From Flavobacteriales bacterium (GTDB taxonomy: Bacteria > Bacteroidota > Bacteroidia > Palsa-965), in the NCBI GenBank assembly GCA_040377305.1, contig JBEIPA010000010.1, forward strand, positions 1 through 64,000: a stretch of 64,000 bases of DNA. Reading direction: 5' to 3'. Shown piece by piece: positions 8,618 through 18,053 of this stretch (position 1 is the stretch's first letter; each line of letters begins with the position of its first letter). A program made the position numbers and the translations under genes. Below the pieces are notes generated by a model, which was given only the letters and a program-made list of their open reading frames with translations, was not told the DNA's origin and did no database searches.

Positions 8618-9220
8618 ATGCGTAAACTTCTTATCCCTGTAGTAGCTGTCCTCGCGCTGGCTTCATTCACAATCAGCGGTTGCGGTAACAAGGCAACAAC
8701 TCCTGAAGACCGTAACAACCTCCAGGCTGACGATTCATTTGAAGAAGTAAAGATCAACGGTCTTTACTCAATGAAACTTCCTGATTACCTGACTCCAGGC
8801 GATGACCTGAACGACGAAGCTTCACTTCAGTACCAGAACATCTACAAAGAAGTTTATGTAATTGTTATTGATGAGCCGAAACAAGACTTCATCGACGTAT
8901 TCATGTCTTTGGATGATTATGATTCTACAAAGAGCGCTGTAGATAACTATGCAGACGCACAAATGGAGTCTATCGAAGGCAACATGTCTACGGTTACATC
9001 TAAGTCTACAATCCGTAAAGCTAAATTGGGTGGTTGCGATGCGCGTATTGCAGACGTAGCAGGAACTCAGGAAGGCATCGACGACGCAATGGGATTCACA
9101 GTTGCATTCGTTGAAGGAAAAGAAACTCTTTACATGGTTATGACCTGGACTTTCGACAAAACGAAGGCTGAATACCAGGAAGACATGGACAAGATGATCA
9201 ACTCTTTCAAAGAGCTCTAG
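8618..9220 (+). CDS. Lipoprotein, possibly PsbP/DcrB-like fold
   Basis: Lipobox ISGC. The ending LYMVMTWT...MINSFK pattern is typical of PsbP-like domains (fold is an inference). Confidence 0.75.
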   Translation: MRKLLIPVVAVLALASFTISGCGNKATTPEDRNNLQADDSFEEVKINGLYSMKLPDYLTPGDDLNDEASLQYQNIYKEVYVIVIDEPKQDFIDVFMSLDDYDSTKSAVDNYADAQMESIEGNMSTVTSKSTIRKAKLGGCDARIADVAGTQEGIDDAMGFTVAFVEGKETLYMVMTWTFDKTKAEYQEDMDKMINSFKEL

Positions 9221-9244
9221 TCTGAATTTCTTCTGAAAAAACTT

Positions 9245-9279
9245 AAATCCCGGTTCGAAAGAATCGGGATTTGTTTTTT
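9245..9279 (+). terminator. Intrinsic terminator
   Basis: AAATCCCGGTTC-GAAA-GAATCGGGATTT followed by a T tract. Confidence 0.85.
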
Positions 9280-9309
9280 CATAAATTTAAATTGCAATAC
9301 ACCGCTGTT

Positions 9310-10380
9310 ATGAAAAAAAGTCTGATTCTTGCCGCCCTTCTTGTTGTGGCTTTGGGTACACCTCCATTTGCGAATGCGTTCGATAAAAAACCGAAGACGA
9401 TTGTTCGTGAAGTCAATATCGAAGGAAGATATTCGATGATGTTGCCCACATATCTAACTGAAGGTGATGACCTCAATGACGAAGCCTCACTTCAGTATCA
9501 GAACATCTACAAGGAAGTTTACATCATCGTTATTGACGAGCCAAAACAGGATTTCATTGACGTTTTTATGGATCTCAATGATTACGATACCACGAAAACT
9601 CCGTTAGAAAATTACGTCGAGGCTCAGATTGAGTCTATTCGCGGGAACATGAATAAAGTGATAAAAGAAAAGCGCAGGTCACTTCAATCGGGCTGCGGAC
9701 AGGCTGTAATTTACGATGTTACAGGTACGCAGGATGGTATTGACGACGCGATGGGATTCACAGTTGGTTTTTATGAAGGAAAACTGAATTTGTACATGAT
9801 CATGACATGGACATTTGCCAATTCACAGAAGGAATATCAGGAAGACATGGATAATATGTTGATCTCATTTAAAGAACTTTCAGGTGCTATTGGGGTGAAA
9901 GAAGCAGCGTATACAACTCCTCAATACAATTTTGACATTACGATTCCTGCGTTCATGGATCGGGATACAACAATTCCAAATGCGACTATTGAATTCTATG
10001 GAAGTACTTTGGATTATCATATCGCTGTCCTTGAAGAACCGACTGCGAAATGGGACAGCCTTTATGCTTCATCCGGATCCAACACCATTTCATTTCTGGA
10101 TTTCTTCTCGCTAGCACAAAAAAAGCAGTTCGAAAAAAACCTAAAAAGCATTCATAATGTTTCTGAATTGACAAAGTCAAGGACATCAGGCCTGGATGCC
10201 CAGACGTTTACGTGTTACGGGATTCCAGCCGGTCAAACCACTGAGATGTATTACAAAATCAGGCTCGTTCAAGGGAAAAAACAATTGTACATCATTCAGG
10301 CATGGACACCAACTTCGAAACAGGCGGGTAACAATACACCGATGAATGAGATTATGGATACGTTCAAGGAAGTGGAGTAA
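9310..10380 (+). CDS. Secreted two-domain paralog of the upstream lipoprotein
   Basis: Shares GDDLNDEASLQYQNIYKEVY.IVIDEPKQDFIDVFM and GIDDAMGFTV with 8618-9220, plus a second diverged domain. Confidence 0.8.
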   Translation: MKKSLILAALLVVALGTPPFANAFDKKPKTIVREVNIEGRYSMMLPTYLTEGDDLNDEASLQYQNIYKEVYIIVIDEPKQDFIDVFMDLNDYDTTKTPLENYVEAQIESIRGNMNKVIKEKRRSLQSGCGQAVIYDVTGTQDGIDDAMGFTVGFYEGKLNLYMIMTWTFANSQKEYQEDMDNMLISFKELSGAIGVKEAAYTTPQYNFDITIPAFMDRDTTIPNATIEFYGSTLDYHIAVLEEPTAKWDSLYASSGSNTISFLDFFSLAQKKQFEKNLKSIHNVSELTKSRTSGLDAQTFTCYGIPAGQTTEMYYKIRLVQGKKQLYIIQAWTPTSKQAGNNTPMNEIMDTFKEVE

Positions 10381-10503
10381 TTGCCCTTGAAAAATGGCCG
10401 CTTGATCAAAACTAAGCTGGCGAATTAACACTGTTAATAATTCTGGATTTCTTCTCAAGGGTTTTGCCTTATTCGTTACCTAACTTTAAGGTTCGCGTTT
10501 TCC

Positions 10504-10636
10504 TTGTTCATTGACCGTTGTGCGTTGATTATTGACACTTTACTGCACACCCGAGTAAAGTGACAACGCACAATGTTCAAGTGTCAAGGGTCAACAATAA
10601 AGGGACAACGCTCAATGTTCAAGTTTCAAGTGACAA
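10504..10636. repeat. Inverted heptamer array upstream of dnaE
   Basis: Five TTGnnnn units, central hairpin CACTTTACT/AGTAAAGTG, then eleven nnnnCAA-phase units ending 7 nt before the ATG. Confidence 0.9.
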
Positions 10637-10643
10637 GTAAAAA

Positions 10644-13600
10644 ATGATCTTCAACCATCTCCACGTCCATACGCAGTTTTCTCTCCTCGACGGAGCAGCA
10701 TCTATTTCCGGTCTTTACAAGAAAGCCGTAAGGGATAACATGCGTGGAATTGCAATCACCGATCACGGAAACATGTTCGGGGCATTCAAGTTTGTGGCGG
10801 AAGCTGCGAAATACAATACAGCGGAGAATCCGAATACGATTAAGCCGATTGTAGGTTGTGAATTTTATCTCGTTGAAGATCGCACGAAAAATAAATTCAC
10901 CCGCGACGAGCGCGACCAGCGATTTCACCAGCTTTTCCTTGCGAAGAATGCAGAAGGCTACAAGAATCTGGTGAAGCTGTGTTCGAAAGGATACACGGAA
11001 GGGATGTACGGAAAGTATCCGCGTATTGACAAGCAATTGGTTCTGGAACATCACAAAGGATTGATTGCAACGACGTGTTGTCTCGCTGCATCTGTTCCGC
11101 GCATGATTCTCAAAAAAGGAGAAGCGGAAGGTGAAAAAGAATTCAAGTGGTGGCTCGATCTGTTCGGTGAAGACTATTACATCGAGTTACAGCGCCACGA
11201 TATTCCGGAACAAAACACCGTGAATGAAGTCCTGCTCAAGTGGGCCATCAAATACAATGTGAAAGTAATTGCGTCGAACGATTCGCACTACGTGAACGAA
11301 GACGATGCAAATGCGCACGACATTCTCTTGTGCATCAACACCGGCGAGAAGCAAAGCACTCCAACTGCGAAAGACTTTGATGACGAAGGTGGCATGAAAG
11401 GAAAGCGTTTCGCATTCTGGAACGATCAGTTCTATTTCAAAACAACGGAAGAGATGACTACGTTGTTTGCTGATGTTCCGCAAGCTATTGACAACACGAA
11501 TGAAATCGTAGACAAGATTGAGCCGCTGAAATTAAAACGTGACGTGCTCCTTCCCCATTACAAGATTCCACCGGAGTTTGTAAATCAGGATGAGTATCTC
11601 AAACACCTCACGTTTACCGGTGCGAAGAAACGTTACGGCGAAATCACTCAGGAAATTGAAGAGCGACTCAACTTCGAATTGTTCACGATTAAGTCCATGG
11701 GATTTCCGGGGTACTTTCTCATTGTACAGGATTTCATCAACCACGGAAAAGACATTGGCGTTTTCGTTGGACCGGGTCGTGGTTCTGCAGCAGGTTCCGT
11801 TGTGGCGTATTGTATCGGAATCACCAACATCGATCCGATCAAGTACAATTTGCTTTTCGAGCGATTTCTCAATCCCGATCGTAAGTCACTTCCCGATATC
11901 GATACGGACTTTGATGATGAAGGCCGACAAAAAGTAATTGATTACGTTGTTGACAAATACGGTAAGAATCAGGTTGCACAGATCATCACGTACGGAACGA
12001 TGGCTGCGAAAATGTCTATCAAAGACGTTGCGCGTGTACTCGATCTTCCGCTCGATCAGGCAAACGGATTGGCGAAACTGGTTCCGGACAAACCGGGAAT
12101 TGAATTAGGTCGCGTCATCAATGCACCACTCGATGGTGAGAAATCGCTTCGCGAGAAAGAAGGCCTCGGTGGCGACGATATCGAGAACGTGAAGAAGCTG
12201 CGTCAGATTTCAATTGGCAACGACGCGCAGGCAGCCGTAATCAAAGAAGCGTTGCGCCTCGAAGGTTCTGTTCGCGGAACCGGAATTCACGCGGCGGGAA
12301 TTATCATCGCTCCTTCTGATCTTACTGACATTATTCCGATTGCGACTTCGAAAGATTCCAATCTCTACGTTACACAGTTCGATGGAAAAGTAATCGAAGA
12401 TGCCGGCGTAATCAAGATGGACTTCCTTGGTTTGAAAACGCTGACGATTCTTCGTGATGCGTTGCGCATGATCAAGGAAAATCACGGTGTAGAAATTGAT
12501 CTTGATACACTTCCGCTCGACGACAAGAAAACATTCGAACTCTATCAGCGGGGTGAAACAAACGGAACATTCCAGTTTGAATCTCCGGGAATGCAGAAGC
12601 ATTTGATTTCACTCAAGCCAGATAAGTTTGAAGACTTGATTGCGATGAACGCGTTGTATCGTCCGGGTCCACTCGAATACATTCCGAACTTCATTGCACG
12701 TAAACACGGACGTGAGCCCATCAAATACGATTTGCCGGAGATGGAAGAATATCTCGGTGACACGTATGGAATTACCGTTTATCAGGAGCAGGTTATGTTG
12801 CTCTCCCAAAAGCTTGCAGGTTTTACCAAAGGCGATGCCGACGTTCTGCGTAAGGCAATGGGTAAGAAAGACAAATACACCCTCGACAAAATGAAAGGGA
12901 AATTTGTCGAAGGTGTAACGGCGAAAGGTCACGATGCAAAAACCTGCGAGAAAGTCTGGACCGACTGGGAAGCATTTGCACAATACGCGTTCAACAAATC
13001 GCACTCTACGTGTTACGCGTATGTTGCGTATCACACCGCATACCTGAAGGCGCATTATCCGGCCGAGTACATGGCGAGTGTACTCACGCATAACCTGGGC
13101 AACATTGAGAAGATTACATTCTTCATGGAAGAATCGAAACGTGCAGGAATCCCGGTTTTGGGTCCTGACGTGAATGAATCCAAGAAGAATTTCTCCGTAA
13201 ACAGCAATGGTGAAATCCGTTTTGGCATGGGCGCCATCAAAGGTGTTGGAGAATCGGCTGCAGAAGCTATTATCGAAGAGCGCACGAAGAACGGACCATT
13301 CAAAAACATTTTCGATGTCGTTAAGCGTGTGAATTTGCGTGCCGCGAATAAGAAGTCATTTGAGAATATGGTTTTCGCCGGTGTGTTTGATTCGTTTACG
13401 GATTTACACCGCGCAGTCTATTTCGCTAACGAAGGAGAGAACACGCCAACTTTCTTAGACAAGCTTTTGAAATTTGGACAAGCGAGTCAAGGAGGTGACA
13501 CCGAATCAGCTCCCAAATTGTTTGATGACGTAGATGACGATGCAACTAAAATTCAGGAGCCGGTTATTCCAATTGCTGAAGAGTGGGCTGTTTTGGCTAA

Positions 13601-14243
13601 ACTAAAAGCTGAAAGAGAAGTAATTGGTATCTACATCTCGGGACACCCTTTGGAAAATTTCAAGATAGAAATGGAAGTATTTTCCAAAAACAAACTCAGC
13701 GACATTAAGGATCTTTCACAGTGGAAAGGTATGGACATGCATTTTGGTGGCATGATAGTGTCTGCTCAAAAACGAATGAGTAAAACCGGACGAGAATTTG
13801 GCGTTTTCATGCTCGAAGACTACACTGATTCTCATGAATTTGCATTATTCGGAAAAGATTTTACCGAACATGGTAAAAGTCTAGATAATTTTCAGGGGAT
13901 CAGATTTGTTCTAGTGCACGGAAGGGTTCAACCAAGATACGGTATGCCAGATCAACTCGAATTCAAAGTGTCCAATATTGAACCGCTCACCGAATTGATC
14001 GAGAAAATCAAGTTCTGCAACCTGCATCTTCCACTCTCTTCCGTAAACGATGAGAAGATTGCCAAGCTGAATGAAGTCATCAGCAAACACTCCGGAAAGT
14101 CTCAGCTACGCTTTTCGATTTTTGATGTAGCGGAAAATATTCGTTTGGAATTGCCTTCACGCAAAATTCGCGTGCGTCCGGACAAAGCGCTGTTGGAGGA
14201 ATTGCAGAGTGTGTTGCCGGAGATTAGTTGGAAATTAAATTGA
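10644..14243 (+). CDS. dnaE: DNA polymerase III alpha subunit
   Basis: PHP domain HLHVHTQFSLLDG and TDHGNMFG, GRGSAAGS, catalytic PDIDTDFD, KMDFLGL, YAFNKSH and a C-terminal OB region. No intein seen. Confidence 0.98.
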   Translation: MIFNHLHVHTQFSLLDGAASISGLYKKAVRDNMRGIAITDHGNMFGAFKFVAEAAKYNTAENPNTIKPIVGCEFYLVEDRTKNKFTRDERDQRFHQLFLAKNAEGYKNLVKLCSKGYTEGMYGKYPRIDKQLVLEHHKGLIATTCCLAASVPRMILKKGEAEGEKEFKWWLDLFGEDYYIELQRHDIPEQNTVNEVLLKWAIKYNVKVIASNDSHYVNEDDANAHDILLCINTGEKQSTPTAKDFDDEGGMKGKRFAFWNDQFYFKTTEEMTTLFADVPQAIDNTNEIVDKIEPLKLKRDVLLPHYKIPPEFVNQDEYLKHLTFTGAKKRYGEITQEIEERLNFELFTIKSMGFPGYFLIVQDFINHGKDIGVFVGPGRGSAAGSVVAYCIGITNIDPIKYNLLFERFLNPDRKSLPDIDTDFDDEGRQKVIDYVVDKYGKNQVAQIITYGTMAAKMSIKDVARVLDLPLDQANGLAKLVPDKPGIELGRVINAPLDGEKSLREKEGLGGDDIENVKKLRQISIGNDAQAAVIKEALRLEGSVRGTGIHAAGIIIAPSDLTDIIPIATSKDSNLYVTQFDGKVIEDAGVIKMDFLGLKTLTILRDALRMIKENHGVEIDLDTLPLDDKKTFELYQRGETNGTFQFESPGMQKHLISLKPDKFEDLIAMNALYRPGPLEYIPNFIARKHGREPIKYDLPEMEEYLGDTYGITVYQEQVMLLSQKLAGFTKGDADVLRKAMGKKDKYTLDKMKGKFVEGVTAKGHDAKTCEKVWTDWEAFAQYAFNKSHSTCYAYVAYHTAYLKAHYPAEYMASVLTHNLGNIEKITFFMEESKRAGIPVLGPDVNESKKNFSVNSNGEIRFGMGAIKGVGESAAEAIIEERTKNGPFKNIFDVVKRVNLRAANKKSFENMVFAGVFDSFTDLHRAVYFANEGENTPTFLDKLLKFGQASQGGDTESAPKLFDDVDDDATKIQEPVIPIAEEWAVLAKLKAEREVIGIYISGHPLENFKIEMEVFSKNKLSDIKDLSQWKGMDMHFGGMIVSAQKRMSKTGREFGVFMLEDYTDSHEFALFGKDFTEHGKSLDNFQGIRFVLVHGRVQPRYGMPDQLEFKVSNIEPLTELIEKIKFCNLHLPLSSVNDEKIAKLNEVISKHSGKSQLRFSIFDVAENIRLELPSRKIRVRPDKALLEELQSVLPEISWKLN

Positions 14244-14248
14244 GTAGT

Positions 14249-14875
14249 GTGAAAACACAACTTCTCATTTTCGTTCTACTGATATCTTGCGTTTCAAACG
14301 CACAGAAATTCTGCGAACAGATTTATCGTCCGGACTCCGTTTCCGAATCTGCAGTTTATGATTGCCTGATGACGCTGAACCTGTTTACGGATGGCGCACC
14401 GGATTCCTTATTTGTGCACTTAGGTAATGACACAAATATTGTACATCCTGATACGTTGCGAAAATACTCTGCATTGCATTTGAAAGAATACGATTATGAT
14501 AATGGAGCCACAAAAAATCCTCGAAAATGGATTGTCAGCCCAACCAGCTTTTACAGCAAACGAACGTATGTTGGGATTGGTCAGCGGGAAGGGGATTCGA
14601 TAACATTCAACGGCGCATTAGTTGTGACTACTGAAATGTCGTACAGAAACGGCAAAGTTATTATCACCAAAATCCGATTCAGAATCACCGACGTTACAAA
14701 GGAGGTTTACGATACCTTGATCGTGAAGCGGGAGAAAAACAAGACCGAGATGAAAGGAATTGACCCAGGCGATCTGGATCCTAAAGATTATGAAAGGAAT
14801 ACTCCTGCTCCACCCATCTATAATCCACCTTACGGTTCCCCTGGTCATAGACCGAGACAGATTCAAATAAATTAG
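14249..14875 (+). CDS. Secreted hypothetical protein with Pro-rich tail
   Basis: GTG start 5 nt after the dnaE stop; signal peptide ending SNAQ. Confidence 0.7.
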   Translation: MKTQLLIFVLLISCVSNAQKFCEQIYRPDSVSESAVYDCLMTLNLFTDGAPDSLFVHLGNDTNIVHPDTLRKYSALHLKEYDYDNGATKNPRKWIVSPTSFYSKRTYVGIGQREGDSITFNGALVVTTEMSYRNGKVIITKIRFRITDVTKEVYDTLIVKREKNKTEMKGIDPGDLDPKDYERNTPAPPIYNPPYGSPGHRPRQIQIN

Positions 14876-15124
14876 AGGTTTAAAACTGTTCTTCTGTCTG
14901 TGAGCTTCCTGAGTGAAGAATGAATGGCAATCTTGTTTTCAGTTGCCACAATATTTGCTTGATACTGTAGGTTCTTCCATGGTTGACCTCAACTGAGAAC
15001 CTGAAATGAGATATGATCCAGGCCTACGCCGATAGTGAAACCACCTGAGCCTCCAAAGTTTGATCCACTGCCGACTTACAATCAACCACGCTATTTACCA
15101 CCGGTGCTAAAAAAATAAGTCAGG

Positions 15125-15586
15125 TTACCCATTCGAAATCGTCAACATCTCGTGCGCGATTTCAAGTGTATCTACGGCTACTTCATTCCCATCGGACTTA
15201 AGATCTGTGCTGGATATTTTTGTCGGCCAGGCATTTTGTAACGTCCACCTCATCGTTACTTTTCCATTCTCATCGAGCAACTTAATGATTACCGTGCGGC
15301 GCTGAATGGTGTTCATGGCAACTTGTTGGTGCCAATTCCAAAATGCATTGTCATTTACGAAAACGCCACGCTTCATGGTAACGTTACCAAACTTAGTAAT
15401 GCCGGGCATCTTTTCCGTGGAGAAAATCGGACTGTTACTCTTTCGGTACTCGATGATCTGATTCTCAACATCCATTCCGGAAACTTCCTGAAATGCAACA
15501 CCTTTAAGTTCGCTGCCGAGATCTACTTCGAAACGGAACTTCGGCATTGGCCATGTTGTTCCTTCATTGCTTCCATCATCTGCCAT
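15125..15586 (-). CDS. Phage tail tube protein, T4 gp19-like / eCIS Afp1-Afp5 type
   Basis: FRFEVD..FQEVSG, IEYR, KMPG...GNVTMKRG, WTLQNAWPTK and NEVAVDTLEIAHE, the characteristic pattern of this family. Confidence 0.92.
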   Translation of the reverse strand: MADDGSNEGTTWPMPKFRFEVDLGSELKGVAFQEVSGMDVENQIIEYRKSNSPIFSTEKMPGITKFGNVTMKRGVFVNDNAFWNWHQQVAMNTIQRRTVIIKLLDENGKVTMRWTLQNAWPTKISSTDLKSDGNEVAVDTLEIAHEMLTISNG

Positions 15587-15610
15587 AGGTAAATCTGTTT
15601 TAGGGTAAGA

Positions 15611-18007
15611 TTAGAATGCGCATTTCCGTTCTGCAAATTTGCAGGCCGTGATAGTGTCTGTGTGCTGTTCACCCTCAGCGAAAATCTGTTGAGTGATTAC
15701 ATATTGCTTACCTGCAGCATCAGTACATCGCAATTGCACGTGATAACTTCCGGCATCAAATATCACATTCGTATTTTTTTCTTCCCGCACAATACCGTTC
15801 CCGAAATCCCACGCATACCTAAATGTTCCCAACGTATCCATCGGATGATTTCCAAAAATCGGAATCACTTCTCCACTGACAACAGTATCCTGTGGTAATA
15901 CAATCATTGTTGTACTTAGCAAATTATTATCCCTACTCTCCAATTTGAAAGCATAGTCGGGGTGACCATGACTCCAAAATATTTTAGCCGTTCCAAAGAT
16001 ATTCGTTGTCACAATTCCTTCCGTAAGAGGACCACCCCCATCACGTGTTGAGTATGTCAAATAATAATAGGAGGTGCCGTTCGCCAGATCATGAATCTGA
16101 AATTTTATCCCGCCGTGCAATTCTGTTGGTGTGGAAATATTCGCGTCGTCTCCCGTGCGGGAATTAATTTCCATCGTCTTTCCGTTTCTGTCTTTTACGT
16201 TCTGCGAAATATTGCCCCACCAATAAGATGCATTGTGAACCCAACCTGCACAATAGCGACGCGAGTCATTGGCGATGTAAAATGTTTCAATGGAAACTTT
16301 CGACGGACGATTCGCATCTTCCCAATGTCCGGAGTGAATCATGCCACTCATGTCGACGTCGGTGAAGAATCGTCGAAGTGCAGGAAAGTTCTGTTCGCGA
16401 TATTCATTGCTGCCCCATCTCCACCAGTACAATCCTGCGCCTGCAGTTCCGGAAAAGGCAGTTGACCATAACGCGTTGTGGTAAGTAACATCATTGTTCG
16501 CGTCAATGTCGTTGGGATCGGCTCCGTTAGAACCAAAACCCATTTCATCGAATATGGCAGCTTTGCGTGGAAAGAGATTGTGAATGCCGGGTTCCGCTAT
16601 GTTCTTTCCGTTCACTTCTTCCCAGCGACGAAGATTATCGTGGCGTTGCGTGAAGTAGCAGTGACGCGGACAAACCACATCGCAGAAAGGAGAACTGTAC
16701 GCGCTGATGCTGAAATCCCGTGGAGCATCTCCGTACGAAGTGCTCGTAAGCAACGGGCGATACTTCACCTGCTGTTTCGCGAACGACAACATTTCATTGT
16801 GCCACTGCAGATTAATTCGCTGCAACTCTTTGCTGTCTTCGAGTTGTGTTGCGGGTTTTCCGAATGTCCAGTTGTCCATCTCACTCAGTATCTGAAATAT
16901 TCCGAGACTGTTTGAATAACCCCAACGCGCAAAGAAATAACGCAATTTATTCCTGTAATTCACGCGCGCAACTTTATCAGTTAAGAAATCTTCCGGATGA
17001 TCTACTCCAGGAATGAATCGGTTGTACGGATGCTTCGTCCACGTCAAATGTTCTTCATACCAAGGATACTCTGTGTACGTTCCGTGCTCCATGCAGAACA
17101 CCATCTTCACTTCACTGGCTTCGCACGTTTTGAAAAGCTGATCGAGTTCCCAGGCACGTGCCATGTTGTAAACGCCAACGGTGTCCCACTCATATTCGTA
17201 CGTCCACGGAACATTGACAACGCGAATTGTATTTCCTCCATTCTGTGCGAGATTTTTTGTCCAATCATATACATCCAAATAACCACCTGCTACCATTGCA
17301 GGAGCATTGGGATTAACGCCACCTCTGAAGCGAGGTCCATCAGTCCACGCAATGTTTTGTCCGAGCATGAAGAATGATTTCAGCTTTCCGGATTCCCGAA
17401 AATGAAGTCGATCGGAAGTAAGTTCGAGAAAGCCGGAGTTGGTTGATGAAACAACGTTAAATGAGGTTTCATCAATACTGTACCAAACATTCCGAAAATC
17501 AGTTGCAATTTCAGGATGCACCTTCACGCGAATGTTCACTTTCCAGGTGCCCGTGTCACCCGTTGCGAAACGCACACGAAACGGATACTGTGTCGGTTGC
17601 TCAATCCATTTTGCTTCGGGACAATTATCGAATACGCTCTTGATTGTTGATTCATCACGTAAATAATCCGTGTAATAGAAGCCGTAAATAGTATCACTGA
17701 TTGTGCCTTTGGAGAAGACTACTAGTATATTGAGTTGTTCAGGATCGAATGGATTTATTCCATTTTTCTGGTCGGCGAATTTTTCCTGCAGTGTTGCGGG
17801 TAGTTCAAATCCGAATTCAACCATTTCGAATTGCTTCACGTTGCGTTTCGCGCCTTCGTGAGAAAGGCAAACGGGAACGGAGCTCCAGGAAAGATTAGAG
17901 TGTGGCGAGAAGAAGTTGCGCGTTTCACCAGTTGTTACGATGCATAGTGCGGCAATTACAACCAACTCTATTTTGCCGCAGATTCGCAGATTGCGCAGAT
18001 TAAACAA
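15611..18007 (-). CDS. Multi-domain clan GH-A (GH5-like) glycoside hydrolase with N-terminal DUF5060-like and C-terminal PKD domain
   Basis: NPFDP...GFY...RVRF..GTW N-domain, RYFFARWGYS, ILSEMD (acid/base-like), FDEMG (nucleophile-like) and YAWDFGNG PKD motif. Start uncertain because it runs through a repeat. Confidence 0.72.
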   Translation of the reverse strand: MFNLRNLRICGKIELVVIAALCIVTTGETRNFFSPHSNLSWSSVPVCLSHEGAKRNVKQFEMVEFGFELPATLQEKFADQKNGINPFDPEQLNILVVFSKGTISDTIYGFYYTDYLRDESTIKSVFDNCPEAKWIEQPTQYPFRVRFATGDTGTWKVNIRVKVHPEIATDFRNVWYSIDETSFNVVSSTNSGFLELTSDRLHFRESGKLKSFFMLGQNIAWTDGPRFRGGVNPNAPAMVAGGYLDVYDWTKNLAQNGGNTIRVVNVPWTYEYEWDTVGVYNMARAWELDQLFKTCEASEVKMVFCMEHGTYTEYPWYEEHLTWTKHPYNRFIPGVDHPEDFLTDKVARVNYRNKLRYFFARWGYSNSLGIFQILSEMDNWTFGKPATQLEDSKELQRINLQWHNEMLSFAKQQVKYRPLLTSTSYGDAPRDFSISAYSSPFCDVVCPRHCYFTQRHDNLRRWEEVNGKNIAEPGIHNLFPRKAAIFDEMGFGSNGADPNDIDANNDVTYHNALWSTAFSGTAGAGLYWWRWGSNEYREQNFPALRRFFTDVDMSGMIHSGHWEDANRPSKVSIETFYIANDSRRYCAGWVHNASYWWGNISQNVKDRNGKTMEINSRTGDDANISTPTELHGGIKFQIHDLANGTSYYYLTYSTRDGGGPLTEGIVTTNIFGTAKIFWSHGHPDYAFKLESRDNNLLSTTMIVLPQDTVVSGEVIPIFGNHPMDTLGTFRYAWDFGNGIVREEKNTNVIFDAGSYHVQLRCTDAAGKQYVITQQIFAEGEQHTDTITACKFAERKCAF
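17971..18001. repeat. CGCAGATT periodic repeat (8-9 nt)
   Basis: TTTTGCCGCAGATTCGCAGATTGCGCAGATT; near-identical to the arms at 26181-26200 and 26241-26270. Confidence 0.8.
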
Positions 18008-18053
18008 ATTGATTTTGTTTTTCTTAAAAATACGAAATCTGACTTAACCGAAC

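Noticed and set aside
10644-14243. Intein or fused exonuclease in DnaE
   Set aside because: The length (1199 aa) and continuous motifs fit an uninterrupted PHP-polymerase-OB protein.
14249-18007. Prophage around the tail tube gene
   Set aside because: No integrase, capsid, terminase, sheath or lysis genes are present in the window.
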